Assembly (NCBI GenBank): GCA_034521815.1
Contig: JAXHLW010000013.1
Location: 1,664,001-1,728,000 of the forward strand
Direction of reading: 5' to 3'
DNA from: Trueperaceae bacterium
Lineage (GTDB): Bacteria; Deinococcota; Deinococci; Deinococcales; Trueperaceae
DNA length: 64,000 bases
Part shown: one piece after another, positions 20,679-31,680 of the stretch
Layout of the letters: every line of letters starts with the position of its first letter
How positions within the stretch are numbered: the stretch's first letter is position 1
The notes under the pieces: generated by a model
Seen by the model: the letters and a program-made list of their open reading frames with translations, nothing else
What the model was told of the DNA's origin: nothing
The model's database searches: none
Program-made: the position numbers and the translations under genes

Positions 20679-23048
20679 CTATTCGGTGGCCAGGCTCGAG
20701 ATGCTGGCGTCTGAGATGGAACGGGCACTGGCGGAGGTCGCTAGCCCGACGGCGACCAGGAGGGCCGCCGGCAGGGCGAGGTACGCCAGCAGCGGGTCGA
20801 CGACGAGATCGATCCGGCTCGTCCCTTGGAAGAGCATCTCGAACCCACCGAAGATCCCTTCGAACATGAGGTTGAAAAGCCCCTCGCCCAGCGTGTTCGC
20901 GGCGACCGTTCCCGCCACCACGCCCAGCACCAGCACCAGGGCCATACGGGTGAGGTACTGCGTCCGCAGGCCGGCGTCGTCCGCCCCGATGGCCCGCTGG
21001 ATGGCGATCTGGCCCGCATCGCGCGCAAGCAGCATCCGGGCGAACAACGCGGTCATCAGCACGGCGAGGGCGACGGCCGATACGGCCGACACGACGGCCG
21101 CGACCGTCACCTGTTCGGCGATGGGGCCCAGGGTCTGTACCTGCCACTGATCGATGTCGGCGACCGCGGCCGCGTCGAACCGCTCGCTGTACTCCCGTGC
21201 TTTCGGCACCGGCATCCACCCCGGCGGCCAGCTCGACGCCGACCATGGACCACATCACGTCGTTGCCCGCGGTCGGCAGCGTCGACTTGGCCGTCTTCCC
21301 ACCGTTGGTGATGTCTTGGTAGCTGCCGACGATGGTCAGGTCCCGTACCTCGCCTCCGACCTCGAGGGGCAGGCTCTGACCGACGGCGCGTCCGGCTTGG
21401 TTCAGCGCCAGGAGCGATAGGGCGATCTCGGACGCGTCCATCGCAGCGCGTCCCTCCGCGTAGACGAGCGGCAGCCGCGTGTGGTCGCCGTTCTCGACGT
21501 AGAGGCTGATCTCGTTGCCGTCCTTGTCGACGGTGTCGTTCAGCGTGGTCGTCATCGGGGCGATCGTCGTGACGTCGGGGTCCGCTTCGAGCTGCTCCAC
21601 GACGGCCGCGAAGGTGCGCCTCGACCCGTCGTCGACATGGCGCACGTCGAACCGCAGGTCGACGGGACCGACGCCCATGTAGTTGATGAAGTCCGGGGCG
21701 TTCACGGTCGTCGCCGTGCTGACCGGCACGATCATGATGAACGTGGAAACGGCGAACACGAAGAAGAGGAGGACGTAGGTGGGCCACCGACCCATCACGT
21801 CCGTCGCGCCGAGGTGGACGTGGACCGGCAGACAGGACCTGTACAGCCGCTGGCGTCCGGCCCCCGACGGCCGACTCGTCGCGCCTGCCCGGAGCGCGTC
21901 GATCGCGCTGATCCGGTCGAAGCGACGGAGCAACAGCAGCACGAACAGCACGAGGGCCACGAAGACGAAGACCGTCGCGAGCGCAGGAGCCAGCCAGTTC
22001 CAGATGCTCGGCACGGCGCCCATGTAGAGCGTGATCTTCCGGGTGAGGAGAGGCGTCAGCACCCAGTTCCCGAGCAGCTCTCAGCAGCGACGCGATGCCG
22101 GCGAGCACCGCGTACTTGGTGAGGTAGATCCGCTTGATGCCCCAGGGCGCCACGCCGATCGCCTTGAGCACGCCGATCTTCCCGATAGTCCTGCTCGGCA
22201 GCGGTCAGGAACGAGGAACCGCATGCACAGCAGCCCCACGAAGAGCAACAACACCGACACCAGGATCACGACGGCTGCGACCATGCCGTCGCCGACCATC
22301 GTGAGCATGCGGAAGATGGCCGTGTCGACCATCTGGCCGGCCTTGGGGAGGTCCGAGTCCTGGTACGCCTTCTCGAAGGCCGCGGTCTGGGTATCCGGAT
22401 CGTGCAGCCAGAATTCCACGAGGTGCTCGACCGTGCCCGTGTGCGCGCGCACGTCCTCCAAGTCCGACGCGGATACGGCGAGCCGCTTGGAGCTGGCGAT
22501 GGCGGGATTCATGATCGAGTCCCGGGCGAACCCGGCGATTCGCGAGCTTCTTCGGAACCCGTCCGGCGCCCGGACGGTCACCGTGTCGCCGATCTCGAGT
22601 GCGTTCTCGACGGCGTAGATCACCGGCAGCACGATCGTGCCGGGCGCCACCTCGGTGATGGGCTCGTTGTCCAGGTTCAGCAGGAGGTCCCGCTCGGGAT
22701 TGGGAACCACCAGCGCGTTCTGCTGGATGTTGGTCGTTTGCGCCACGCCGTCGAACGACAGGTTCGCCCCGTCGATGCCCAGCATCAGCATCGACTGGTG
22801 ATGGGCGACCTCCTGCCTTCCAGCGGCCCAACGCTCGACCGCCTGCGCGTCGTACGGGCCGGCGTGGATCTGCACGACGTGCGGCGCGTCGGAGAACTCG
22901 CCAGCAGACGGTTCGCGGCGCCGGTGAGGCGCGCCAGGGTCCCTGCGCTGGCCGCAGCGAGGAGCGCCGAGAGCGTCATCAGCACGACCAGGACCACCGT
23001 GATGCCGCGGTTGCGCGAGAAGTCCCGGGCGATCATGCGGGCGTACAT
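20679..23048 (-). CDS. FtsX/MacB-type ABC permease (two-repeat), several frameshifts
   Basis: Hydrophobic fragments across frames: IGVLKAIG..IYLTKY and IAIQRAIGA..QYL; adjacent to the ATPase. Confidence 0.75.
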
Positions 23049-23302
23049 CCTCAGACGCCGCCCGAGACGCTCGTGGCGCTGACGTCGCGGCGGGCGCCGT
23101 CGATCTGCAACCAGCCCTTCGCGATCCGCTCGCCGGTCCGCATCTCGCGTTCCTCCCAGTCCACGGGCGCGCGAACACGTTGTGGACAGGCCACGATGTC
23201 TCGTCCGAACGCCTCCATGGAGTGGCGAACGTCCCGAAGAGCACGCGAGTCGACGGCGAGCGAGGGACGGCCGGGCAATCGTGCCGGTCGTGCACGGTCG
23301 CT

Positions 23303-23316
23303 TTGACCCAGGTCAT
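23303..23316 (+). promoter_or_regulatory. Possible CRP/FNR-family box TTGAC-N4-GTCAT upstream of the ferredoxin
   Basis: Palindromic resemblance to TTGAT-N4-ATCAA. Confidence 0.3.
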
Positions 23317-23364
23317 GGCCGGCCGGACGCCTTTTCGGCGATCCTCCCGATCGAAGGGGGAACG

Positions 23365-23600
23365 ATGCCGCACATCATCGCCGAACCGTGCATCGGAACG
23401 AAGGACGCGGCCTGCGTCGACGTCTGTCCCGTGGAGTGCATCTACGAGACCGACGACCAGTTCTACATCCACCCCGAGGAGTGCATCGACTGCGGTGCAT
23501 GCATCCCGGCTTGCCCGGTCGATGCCATCTTCATCGAAGAAGACGTTCCGCCGAATGGCGATCGTTCATCGCCAAGAACTACGAGCTGTCAGGACTCTAG
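23365..23600 (+). CDS. Dicluster (7Fe-type) ferredoxin, 1-nt frameshift ~23550
   Basis: MPHIIAEPCIGTKDAACVDVCPVECI..CIDCGACIPACPVDAI, then EWRSFIAKNYELSGL in another frame. Confidence 0.88.
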
Positions 23601-23611
23601 GAGGCGACAGA

Positions 23612-24040
23612 ATGCCCACGCGCACATCGCACGCACGCTGGCAAGGCACCCTGCACAAGGGAAACGGCAACGTGGAACTCGGAAGCGGAGCGTTCAGGGG
23701 ACCGTATTCGTTCGCGTCACGTTTCGAGGACGAAGCCGGCACCAACCCCGAAGAGCTCATCGGAGCGGCGCACGCCGGTTGCTTCGCTCAGTACCTCGCC
23801 CTTCTCCTGGAGAAGGAGGGGTTCGACCCGGCGTCGATCGATGCCGATGCCCACGTCACCATCGAACAGGTCGACGGCAAGCCCACCATCACGTCCAGCA
23901 AGCTCACGGTGTCCGCCAAGGTGCCCGGGCTGGACCGCACGTCCTTCGAACGACACGCCCAGGCCGCCAAGACCGACTGTCCCGTGGCGAAGGCGCTGAC
24001 CGGCACCGATGTGACGCTCGAGGCCGAGCTCGTGAGCTGA
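23612..24040 (+). CDS. osmC: OsmC peroxiredoxin
   Basis: YSFASRFE..GTNPEELIGAAHAGCF...CPVAKAL; GGAGG RBS. Confidence 0.92.
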   Translation: MPTRTSHARWQGTLHKGNGNVELGSGAFRGPYSFASRFEDEAGTNPEELIGAAHAGCFAQYLALLLEKEGFDPASIDADAHVTIEQVDGKPTITSSKLTVSAKVPGLDRTSFERHAQAAKTDCPVAKALTGTDVTLEAELVS

Positions 24041-24071
24041 GGAGGCACGGATCCGATAGGCTGATGCACCC

Positions 24072-24541
24072 ATGAAGAAGGGTCCTCCACCATCCCCCGC
24101 GGCCGTCACGTTCATCGACAGGCACTTTCGAACGATTCTCGTAGCCATTCTCGTCGTCGGCACCACGGCGTCCGCAGTCGCTGTGGTTCTGGCCACGAGG
24201 TCCCCGCACGGATACGGAGTCCGCGAGCCTGCCGAGCTACCCGGTCGAGCAAGTCGTTCGAGGCCGCGACATCTTCCAGCACACCTGCGCTACCTGAAAC
24301 GGCCGCGAAGGACGAGGGAACCCCAGCGCGGGCGTGCCCGCCCTCGATGGGAGCATGCACGCCTGGCACCACCCGGACAGCCAAATCGCCGGGCTTCTTG
24401 CGGCACGGCGTCGGCGACATGCCCGCCGTCGGTAGCGAGTGGACCGACGACGAAATCCGGGCAGTGCTCGCGTACATCAAGCAATGGTGGGAGCCCGATC
24501 AGCTCGCCTGGCAGACGACCGCCTCGCGCCAGAACCCTTGA
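24072..24541 (+). pseudogene. Membrane-anchored class I cytochrome c with destroyed heme motif and frameshifts
   Basis: N-terminal TM helix, then GRDIFQHTCAT*NG (CxxCH position reads TGC GCT ACC TGA AAC), PALDGSMHAWHHPD and MPAVGSEWTDDEIRAVLAYIK. Confidence 0.7.
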
Positions 24542-24616
24542 GCTGAACACGGGCTCGGGGTTCGAATCGAGTCTCAGGAACACGGTCCAGACAGGGTTCA
24601 CGCGCCGCAGGAAGCG

Positions 24617-25208
24617 GTGCCTCGCACCAGCGACCACGTCCGCTTGGCCGACGGCCGCCGAATCACGTTCGACCGCTTCGGCGAGGAAGGCCCCGCGGTG
24701 CTGCTGCTGCACGGAATACCAGGGTGGCGTGGCACGTTCGCACAGGTCGGCGCGCGCGTCGGACGACGCTGCCGCGCCTTCGCTCCCGACCTTCTCGGGT
24801 TCGGGGACTCCGACGACGCTCCCGACGGTGCACACGCTGCTCAGCACGCCGATGCCATCGCCAGCATGGCAGAAGCGCTCGGACTCGAGCGGTTCCACCT
24901 GGTCGGGTTCGACTTCGGCGGGCCCACGGCCATCGAGCTGGCGGGCAAGACCCGAGAGAAGGTCCGGTCGCTCACCCTCCTCGCGACGAACCTGTTCCCT
25001 GACACGCCGCCCGAGCCCTGGACGTGCCGTCGCTCGTGATCTGGGGCGACTCGGACCCCTCTTCCCGCTCTCCGTGGCGCGACGGACGGCAGCCGCGGTG
25101 AACGGACAGCTCGAGATCCTCGAGGGTTGCGGTCACTTCGTGCCGGAAGAGCGGCCGGAGCAGGTCGCTACGGCGATCTTGGACCTCGTCGAGCGGAGTG
25201 AAGGATAG
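24617..25208 (+). pseudogene. Alpha/beta hydrolase (epoxide hydrolase/haloalkane dehalogenase type) lacking the cap domain, with frameshifts
   Basis: LLLHGIP, PDLLGFG and GFDFGG (Asp nucleophile), then a jump at ~25010 straight to LDVPSLVIWG..GHFVPEE. Confidence 0.7.
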
Positions 25209-25339
25209 CTATCCACAGGCTCTCGTCGACACAAACTGATTCCATCCGCCGACGACGAGATTCGCGCGCGACGAGCGTCGTGTACGTGCCACGTCATCCT
25301 GCGAACTGATCTCCTCGACCATGTATCGCTGGTCGGCGA

Positions 25340-25369
25340 TTGACAAGCCGTGCCGTCCGTCCGTACACT
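25340..25369 (+). promoter_or_regulatory. Sigma70 promoter TTGACA-N18-TACACT of the TetR operon
   Basis: Near-consensus hexamers upstream of the RBS AGGAGGT. Confidence 0.7.
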
Positions 25370-25371
25370 CC

Positions 25372-25392
25372 TGACACCTGAATCAGTCGTCA
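25372..25392. promoter_or_regulatory. Putative TetR operator TGAC-N2-CTGA-A-TCAG-N2-GTCA
   Basis: 21-bp interrupted palindrome over the predicted +1. Confidence 0.65.
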
Positions 25393-25436
25393 TGTTCTGG
25401 CTCGGCCGGTCCCCGGTCAGCCCAGGAGGTCGTCCG

Positions 25437-26081
25437 TTGCCCCAACGTCCACGTCCCGCCACCGCGCGCGGCGAAGCCACGAGGTCCAAGCTGCTGGACG
25501 CCGCCGAGCACGAGTTCGGCGAGAACGGCTTCCACGCCGCCTCCGTCGCCTCGATCACGCGCCGGGCGGGCGTGGCGCAGGGCACCTTCTACCTCTACTT
25601 CGCCTCCAAGGAGGACGCCATGCGAGAGCTCGTCGCCCACATGGGCCACGCGCTCCGCAGCGAGCTGAGCGTCGCGATCGCCGGCGCCGCGGAACGCATG
25701 GAGGTCGAGCGTCGCGGGTTCGAGGCGTTCGTGCGCTTCGCGCTGGCCCACGACAACCTGTACCGCGTGGTGATGGAGTCGCAGTTCGTGGACGAGGCCG
25801 TCTACCGCGACTACTACCGCCGCCTCGCCGACGGCTACGCGCGGGGCCTCGGGGCCGCGCAGCAGCGTGGCGAGGTCCGCGCCGGCGATCCCGAGGCGCA
25901 GGCGTGGGCGCTGATGGGCATCGCGCACTTCCTGGGCCTGCGTGCGATCTGGGCGGGCGGAGAGCCGGACGCCGCGACGATGGACGCGGCGTTCGACGTC
26001 GTGCGCCACGGGCTCCATCCCGCCTCGCCGACCAGCGCCACGCTGGCCGGCGACAGGGCACGAACGGAGACCGAGGCATGA
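25437..26081 (+). CDS. TetR/AcrR family regulator
   Basis: TRSKLLDAA..F..GFHAASVASITRRAGVAQGTFYLYFASKE; TTG start after AGGAGG. Confidence 0.9.
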   Translation: MPQRPRPATARGEATRSKLLDAAEHEFGENGFHAASVASITRRAGVAQGTFYLYFASKEDAMRELVAHMGHALRSELSVAIAGAAERMEVERRGFEAFVRFALAHDNLYRVVMESQFVDEAVYRDYYRRLADGYARGLGAAQQRGEVRAGDPEAQAWALMGIAHFLGLRAIWAGGEPDAATMDAAFDVVRHGLHPASPTSATLAGDRARTETEA

Positions 26082-27097
26082 GCCGGCCCGATCGCATCGG
26101 CGTCGTCGGGCTGGGCACCTACCTGCCCGAGGGTCGCACCAGCTCGGCCGACATCGCCGCCGCCTCCGGCCTGCCGGAGTGGGTCGTGCGCGACAAGCTC
26201 GGCATTCACCAGAAGCCCGCGCCCGGTCCCGACGATCATCCCACCGCCATGGGGGTGTGGGCCGCGCAGCGCGCGCTGGCCGACGCCGGCCTCTCGCCCG
26301 CGGACGTCGACGTCGTGATCAGCATGACCGAGGAGTACAAGGAGTACCCGGTCTGGACGGCCGGCATCGCGCTGGCGCACGACCTGGGCGCCACGAACGC
26401 CTGGGCGTACGACGTCGGGCAGAAGTGCGGCACCTCCGTCCTCGGGCTGAAGCTGGCGCGCGACACGATCGCCGCCGACCCCGACGTCGACACGGTGCTG
26501 GTCGCCGGCGGCTACCGCAACGGCGACCTGATCGACTACCGCGATCCGAACGTCCGGTTCATGTTCAACCTCGGCGCCGGCGGTGCGGCGGCCGTCGTGC
26601 GTCGCGGCGCCGGGCACGACATCGCCGGGTCGCACATCGTCACCGACGGCAGCTTCTCGCTGGACGTGAAGGTGCCGGTCGGCGGGACGGTGGCGCCGAT
26701 CGGTCCCGACAACGCCGATCGGTTCCGCCTGGAGGTGGCCGATCCTGCCGGCATGAAGGAGCGGCTGGAGGCGAAGAGCCTGGACACCTTCCGCGAGGTC
26801 GTGGTGCAGGCCTGCCGCAAGGCGGGCGCCACGCCGGACCAGATCCGGCACCTCGCGATGCTGCACGTCAAGCGCAGCGCGCACCACTGGCTGCTGGACG
26901 CGCTGGGCTTGAGCGAGGACCGCTCGATCTACCTCGAGGACGTCGGCCACCTCGGCCAGGTGGACCAGCTGCTCAGCCTGGAGCGGGCTCGCGACCAAGG
27001 CCGGCTGTCGCACGGCGACCTCGTCGTGCTCGTCGCCGCCGGCGTGGGCTACGTCTGGAACGCGCTGGCGCTGCGCTGGGACGGACCGCCGTCGTGA
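26078..27097 (+). CDS. 3-oxoacyl-ACP synthase III (FabH)-like thiolase-fold protein
   Basis: GLGTYLP, AYDVGQKCG (Cys), AMLH, VGHLGQ and AAGVGYVW; ATGA overlap with tetR. Confidence 0.85.
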   Translation: MSRPDRIGVVGLGTYLPEGRTSSADIAAASGLPEWVVRDKLGIHQKPAPGPDDHPTAMGVWAAQRALADAGLSPADVDVVISMTEEYKEYPVWTAGIALAHDLGATNAWAYDVGQKCGTSVLGLKLARDTIAADPDVDTVLVAGGYRNGDLIDYRDPNVRFMFNLGAGGAAAVVRRGAGHDIAGSHIVTDGSFSLDVKVPVGGTVAPIGPDNADRFRLEVADPAGMKERLEAKSLDTFREVVVQACRKAGATPDQIRHLAMLHVKRSAHHWLLDALGLSEDRSIYLEDVGHLGQVDQLLSLERARDQGRLSHGDLVVLVAAGVGYVWNALALRWDGPPS

Positions 27098-28593
27098 GCT
27101 CCCCGGTGCAGCTGGACGTCGCCGCCAGGCGAGCCGAGCTGGCGCCGCGGCGGCCGGCGGTCTGGTGGCGCGGCGACTGGATCGACTACGGCACCCTGAA
27201 CCAGCGGGCCGAACGTCTGGCCGGCCGCCTGTACGCGGAGGGGATCCGCCCCGGCGACCGCGTCTCGATCCTGGCGCACAACCACGTCGCCCACCTGGAC
27301 CTGATCCTGGCCACCGCCAAGTCCGGGGCCGTGTACGCCCCCCTGAACGTTCGCCTGGCGCCGGCCGAACAGACCGCCATCGCGGCCTACCTTCGTCCCA
27401 GCCTGCTGCTGCACGACGAGGATCACCGAGAAGGCGCCGACGCCACCGGCGTGCCCCGCGTCGAGCTCGAGCGGTACGACGACTGGCTGGGCGACCCCGC
27501 GCCCGCCCCCACGCCGGCGCTGACGCTGGACGATCCCCAGATGATCCTGCTGACCGGCGGCACCACCGGCCTCCCGAAAGGAGCGGTCCAGCCGTACCGG
27601 CAAGGCTTCGTGAACGCCGAGAACACCGTGCTGTCGTGGGGCCTGCGCGACGACGACGGCTGCGTCCAGGCGACGCCGTGCTTCCACGCCGCGGTGAACG
27701 CGCTGACCCTGCCGCTTCTGCACCTCGGTGGGCGGGTCGCGCTGCTCGAGCGCTTCGAGCCCGCCGCCTACCTCGACGCGGTGCAGGCGTCGGACGCCAC
27801 CCTGATGTTCCTGGTGCCGACGATGTACCAGCTGGTGGCCGAGGATCCCTCGTTCGCGAGCGCCGACCTGAGCCGCATCCGCTGGGCGATCAGCGGCGGC
27901 GCGCCCTGCCCGGACCCGGTGCGGCGCGCGTTCGCGGACCGTGGCGTGCGGTTCAAGCAGGGCTACGGGCTCACCGAAGCCGGGGTGAACTGTTTCGCGA
28001 TCGACCTCGACGACGCCGAGGCGCACCCCGACGCGGTCGGCGTGCCGATCCTCCGGGCCGTGGCCGAGGTGCGACGGCCCGACGGAACGCCGTGCGATGT
28101 CGGCGAGGTGGGCGAGCTCACGCTGGCCGGTGAGCACCTGTTCGCGGGCTACTTCGAGCGACCCGACGCCACCGCCGAGACGCTGCGCGACGGCTGGCTG
28201 TGGACCGGCGACCTGGCCTCGCGCGACGAGGAGGGGCGCTACCGCATCGTCGGCAGGCGCAAGGAGATGTTCATCTCGGGCGGCGAGAACGTCTACCCCG
28301 CCGAGATCGAGCGTGCGCTCCACGATCATCCCCGCGTCGGCGCGTGCGCCGTCGTCGGCGTGCCCGACGAGCGCTGGGGCGAGGTGGGGCTGATGGCCGT
28401 CGTGCCCCGGCACGGCGTGCAGCAGACCGGCGACGAGCTGACCGGCGACGAGCTTCGCGCCTGGCTGCGCGAGCGACTGGCGCGCTACAAGGTCCCCAAG
28501 CACGTCCGGCTGCTGGACGCGCTGCCGACCTCCGGCGCCGGCAAGATTCTCAAGGCCGAGCTGGCCCACAGCTTCACAGAGGAGAACCGATGA
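27094..28593 (+). CDS. Acyl-CoA synthetase (AMP-forming, FadD/MenE-like)
   Basis: LTGGTTGLPKG, QGYGLTEAG, TGDL, GRRKEMFISGGENVYPAEIE and GAGKILK. Confidence 0.9.
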   Translation: MSSPVQLDVAARRAELAPRRPAVWWRGDWIDYGTLNQRAERLAGRLYAEGIRPGDRVSILAHNHVAHLDLILATAKSGAVYAPLNVRLAPAEQTAIAAYLRPSLLLHDEDHREGADATGVPRVELERYDDWLGDPAPAPTPALTLDDPQMILLTGGTTGLPKGAVQPYRQGFVNAENTVLSWGLRDDDGCVQATPCFHAAVNALTLPLLHLGGRVALLERFEPAAYLDAVQASDATLMFLVPTMYQLVAEDPSFASADLSRIRWAISGGAPCPDPVRRAFADRGVRFKQGYGLTEAGVNCFAIDLDDAEAHPDAVGVPILRAVAEVRRPDGTPCDVGEVGELTLAGEHLFAGYFERPDATAETLRDGWLWTGDLASRDEEGRYRIVGRRKEMFISGGENVYPAEIERALHDHPRVGACAVVGVPDERWGEVGLMAVVPRHGVQQTGDELTGDELRAWLRERLARYKVPKHVRLLDALPTSGAGKILKAELAHSFTEENR

Positions 28594-29412
28594 CGTCAGA
28601 CGCGTTTCCCACCAGCGTGAACGATCACGACGTCCGCCTCGCCAGCGGAGCGACGATCCGCGTGGCGGAGGCCGGCGACGTGGACGGCGGGACGCCGGTC
28701 GTGCTGGTGCACGGCAACTTCGCGAGCAGGCGCTGGTGGACCGATCTCCTGACCCGGCCGCCGCGTGGGCTTCGCCTGATCGCGCCGGACCTTCCGAACT
28801 TCGGCGCGTCCGACCCGCTGCCGGGCACGCTATCGCTGGACGGCTACGCGGACGCCCTGATCGCCACCATGGACGCCCTGAGCGTGGACCGGGCCGTGCT
28901 GGTCGGCCACAGCCTCGGTGCCGCCGTGGTCGAGCGGGCCGTGCTGGCCGCTCCAGGCCGCGTCGCGGGCTTGATGCTCGTCGATGGCTGCACCCCCCGA
29001 AGGCCTTCCGCGGCCCGAAGAGCACTACGCGCTGCTCTCGGGCTTCGTCGGCGACCGCGACGGCCTGGCGGCCGCGCTGGCGCCGCTGTGCGGCACCCGC
29101 ACCCCGCCGTACTGGGAGGCGCTCCTCGACGATGCCCTGGCGATGGCGGCTCCCGCCTTCGAAGGCAACGCGCGAGCGCTCGGAGGGGCGGCATTGGCCG
29201 CTCCCCCCGCCGGGTTCGACCTGCCCGTCCTCGTCCTTCACGGCGGCATGGACCCTCTGATCGACACCGACATGGCGATGGCCACGGCGCGCCACTGGCC
29301 GGATGCGCACTTGGAGACGTGGCCCGACGTGGGCCACTCGCCGCAGGTCGAGGCGCCCGACCGGTTCGCCGCCCTGTTGACCGCCTTCGTGCAGGGGGCG
29401 GCCATGGTCTGA
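28590..29412 (+). CDS. Alpha/beta hydrolase (Ser nucleophile), frameshift in a C-run ~28995
   Basis: LVHGN, GHSLG, VLHGGMD and GHSPQVE. Confidence 0.8.
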
Positions 29413-29491
29413 CCTCTCCCCCGTCCATCCACCCTCCGCCCCCTGCGTCGGCCGCTACGCCGACCTCGTCCCGTCCCCTTGGAGGACCCGT

Positions 29492-30682
29492 ATGAAGCGC
29501 ATCCTGACCATCCTCGCGACCGGCCTGATCGCCGTCGCCTTCGCGCAGCCCGTCCAGATCGGCCTGCTATCGCCCCTCACCGGCGGTGCCGCCGGCACCG
29601 GCCAGGCGCAGAAGGCCGGCTTCGAGCTGGCCCTGCAGGAGATCAACGCCGCGGGCGGCGTGCTGGGCGAGCCGCTCGAGATCATCCTGGAAGACACCCA
29701 GGCCTCGCCCGAGGTCGCCTTGGCCGCGTTCGAGAAGCTGATGACCGAAGACGGCGTCGCGTTCGTCGGCGGCGGCTACTCCAGCGGCGTCACCCTCGCC
29801 CTGATCGAGTCGCTCAAGACGTTCCAGCCCGTGGTGAGCTGGATCGGCGGCGCCGTCTCCGGCGTCGGCATCGACGGCTTCGACGGTATCGAGGAGCTCC
29901 TGGCCGACGAGCCCTGGTTCTTCCACGTCCACCCGTGGGACTACCACAACGTCGACGCGGCCACCTCGTTCGTCGCGGACAGCGGCGTCGAGACCGTCGC
30001 GCTGCTCCACGAGGACAGCGCCTTCGGCGGCCCCGGCTCCGCCGGCGCGCAGGCCCTGCTCGAAGAGGCCGGCCTCGAGGTCACGCTGCGTGAAGCGTTC
30101 ACCTCGACCCTGCTGGGCGGCAGCGGCGACTTCCGCGCCGCGATCAGCAAGGCCCAGGCCACGAACGCCGACATGCTGTACTGGATCGGCTACGACAGCG
30201 ACGTGGTGCCGCTCACCAGCCAGGTGCGCGAGCTGGGCTACGTCCCGCAGCAGATCTTCGGGGCCCCTCCCGGATGGCCGTCGGAGTTCGGCGCCGCGCC
30301 CGAAGCGCAGTGCGTCACCGGTCTGATCGGCTTCCTGCCCAACCTGCCGACCGAAGAGGCCAGCGCGTTCACCAGCGCCTACACCGACCTTCACGGCACC
30401 GCGCCCGACAACTACATGGCCGCCCTCGCCTACGCCCAGCTGTGGTCGTTCGCCGACGCCATCAACGCCGCCGGCAGCGCCGACGAGCAGGCCGTGATGG
30501 AGCAGATGGAGACGATGACGTTCCGCTCGCCGATGGGCGACTGGTCGTTCGGCCCCAGCGAGCTCACCGAGCGTCAGGGCTTCGACGCCGACATGTGGCT
30601 GGTGTTCCAGTACCAGGACGGCGTCCGCGAGATCGTCTGGCCGCTCGAGCGGGCCACCGCGCCGCTGGCCAGCTGCCGCTGA
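29492..30682 (+). CDS. Liv/HAAT-family ABC substrate-binding protein
   Basis: Signal peptide AFAQ, then IGLLSPLTG..INAAGGVLG..EDT. Confidence 0.88.
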   Translation: MKRILTILATGLIAVAFAQPVQIGLLSPLTGGAAGTGQAQKAGFELALQEINAAGGVLGEPLEIILEDTQASPEVALAAFEKLMTEDGVAFVGGGYSSGVTLALIESLKTFQPVVSWIGGAVSGVGIDGFDGIEELLADEPWFFHVHPWDYHNVDAATSFVADSGVETVALLHEDSAFGGPGSAGAQALLEEAGLEVTLREAFTSTLLGGSGDFRAAISKAQATNADMLYWIGYDSDVVPLTSQVRELGYVPQQIFGAPPGWPSEFGAAPEAQCVTGLIGFLPNLPTEEASAFTSAYTDLHGTAPDNYMAALAYAQLWSFADAINAAGSADEQAVMEQMETMTFRSPMGDWSFGPSELTERQGFDADMWLVFQYQDGVREIVWPLERATAPLASCR

Positions 30683-30813
30683 TCCACGTCCTGTGATCGG
30701 CCGCACCTGAGCCGACCCCTGCCCCAGCCGGCGCGCCCCCCGCGCGCCGGTGCACGGCGCCGACCTCGTCCGGGGGGCGGGCCAGCCCCGTCCCCCGACC
30801 CACGCGGAGCTCC

Positions 30814-31680
30814 ATGGACCCCACCCTGATCCTCCAAGCCGTCGTGTCCGGCGTGCTGGCCTCGGGCCTGTACGCGCTGGTGTCGGTCGGTCTGGCCCTC
30901 GCCATCGGCGTGATCGGCATCGTGAACTTCGCCCACGGCGAGTTCTTCATGATCGGCGCCTTCCTGACGTACCAGCTGTTCGTCTCCTTCGGCGTCGACC
31001 CCGTCTTCTCCCTTCTGTTCGTCGCACCGGCCCTGTTCCTGCTGGGCGCGGTGATCTATCGCACCACCATCCAGTACGTCCTCGAGGCGCCCGAGCTGAA
31101 CCAGATGCTGCTCACCTTCGGGCTGGGGATCGTGCTGCAGAACCTCGCCCTGCTGATCTGGGGCGGCGATCCCGTGTCGATCTCGGGCATCGCGTACCGC
31201 TCGATCGGCTACCGGATCGGCGGCATCTCCGTCGGACTGGTGTCGCTGGTCAGCTTCGCGGTCTCGATCCTCCTGGTCGCGGGCCTGTACCTGGCGCTGT
31301 CGCGCAGCCGCACGGGCCGCGCCATGCGGGCCGTCGCGCAGAACCGGGTCGGCGCTTCGCTGGTCGGGCTCGAGGTCAACCGCGTCTACCTGGTCGCCTT
31401 CGCGCTCTCGGCGCTGCTCGCCGGCATCGGCGGCGTGATGATCGCCGTGATCCAGTCGCCCACCCCCACGATCGGCCTGGCGTTCACGCTCAAGGCGTTC
31501 TCGATCGTGGTGCTGGCCGGCCTGGGCAACATCCGCGGCGTCCTGGTGGCCTCGCTGGTCGTCGCGCTGGCCGAGTCGCTCGTCGCCACGCTGGTGCCCA
31601 ACGGGGGCACCCTCAGCAACGCGGTGTTCTTCGCGATCATCTTCCTCGCCCTCATCTGGCGCAGTCGGAGGACGGTATGA
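30814..31680 (+). CDS. livH: Liv-type ABC permease (LivH-like)
   Basis: YALVSVGLAL..NFAHGEF, GRAMRAVAQN and VLAGLGN. Confidence 0.88.
   Translation: MDPTLILQAVVSGVLASGLYALVSVGLALAIGVIGIVNFAHGEFFMIGAFLTYQLFVSFGVDPVFSLLFVAPALFLLGAVIYRTTIQYVLEAPELNQMLLTFGLGIVLQNLALLIWGGDPVSISGIAYRSIGYRIGGISVGLVSLVSFAVSILLVAGLYLALSRSRTGRAMRAVAQNRVGASLVGLEVNRVYLVAFALSALLAGIGGVMIAVIQSPTPTIGLAFTLKAFSIVVLAGLGNIRGVLVASLVVALAESLVATLVPNGGTLSNAVFFAIIFLALIWRSRRTV

Noticed and set aside
24295-24297. TGA as selenocysteine in a CxxUH heme motif
   Set aside because: The following His is also lost (AAC) and the gene has other frameshifts, so mutation or sequencing error is simpler.
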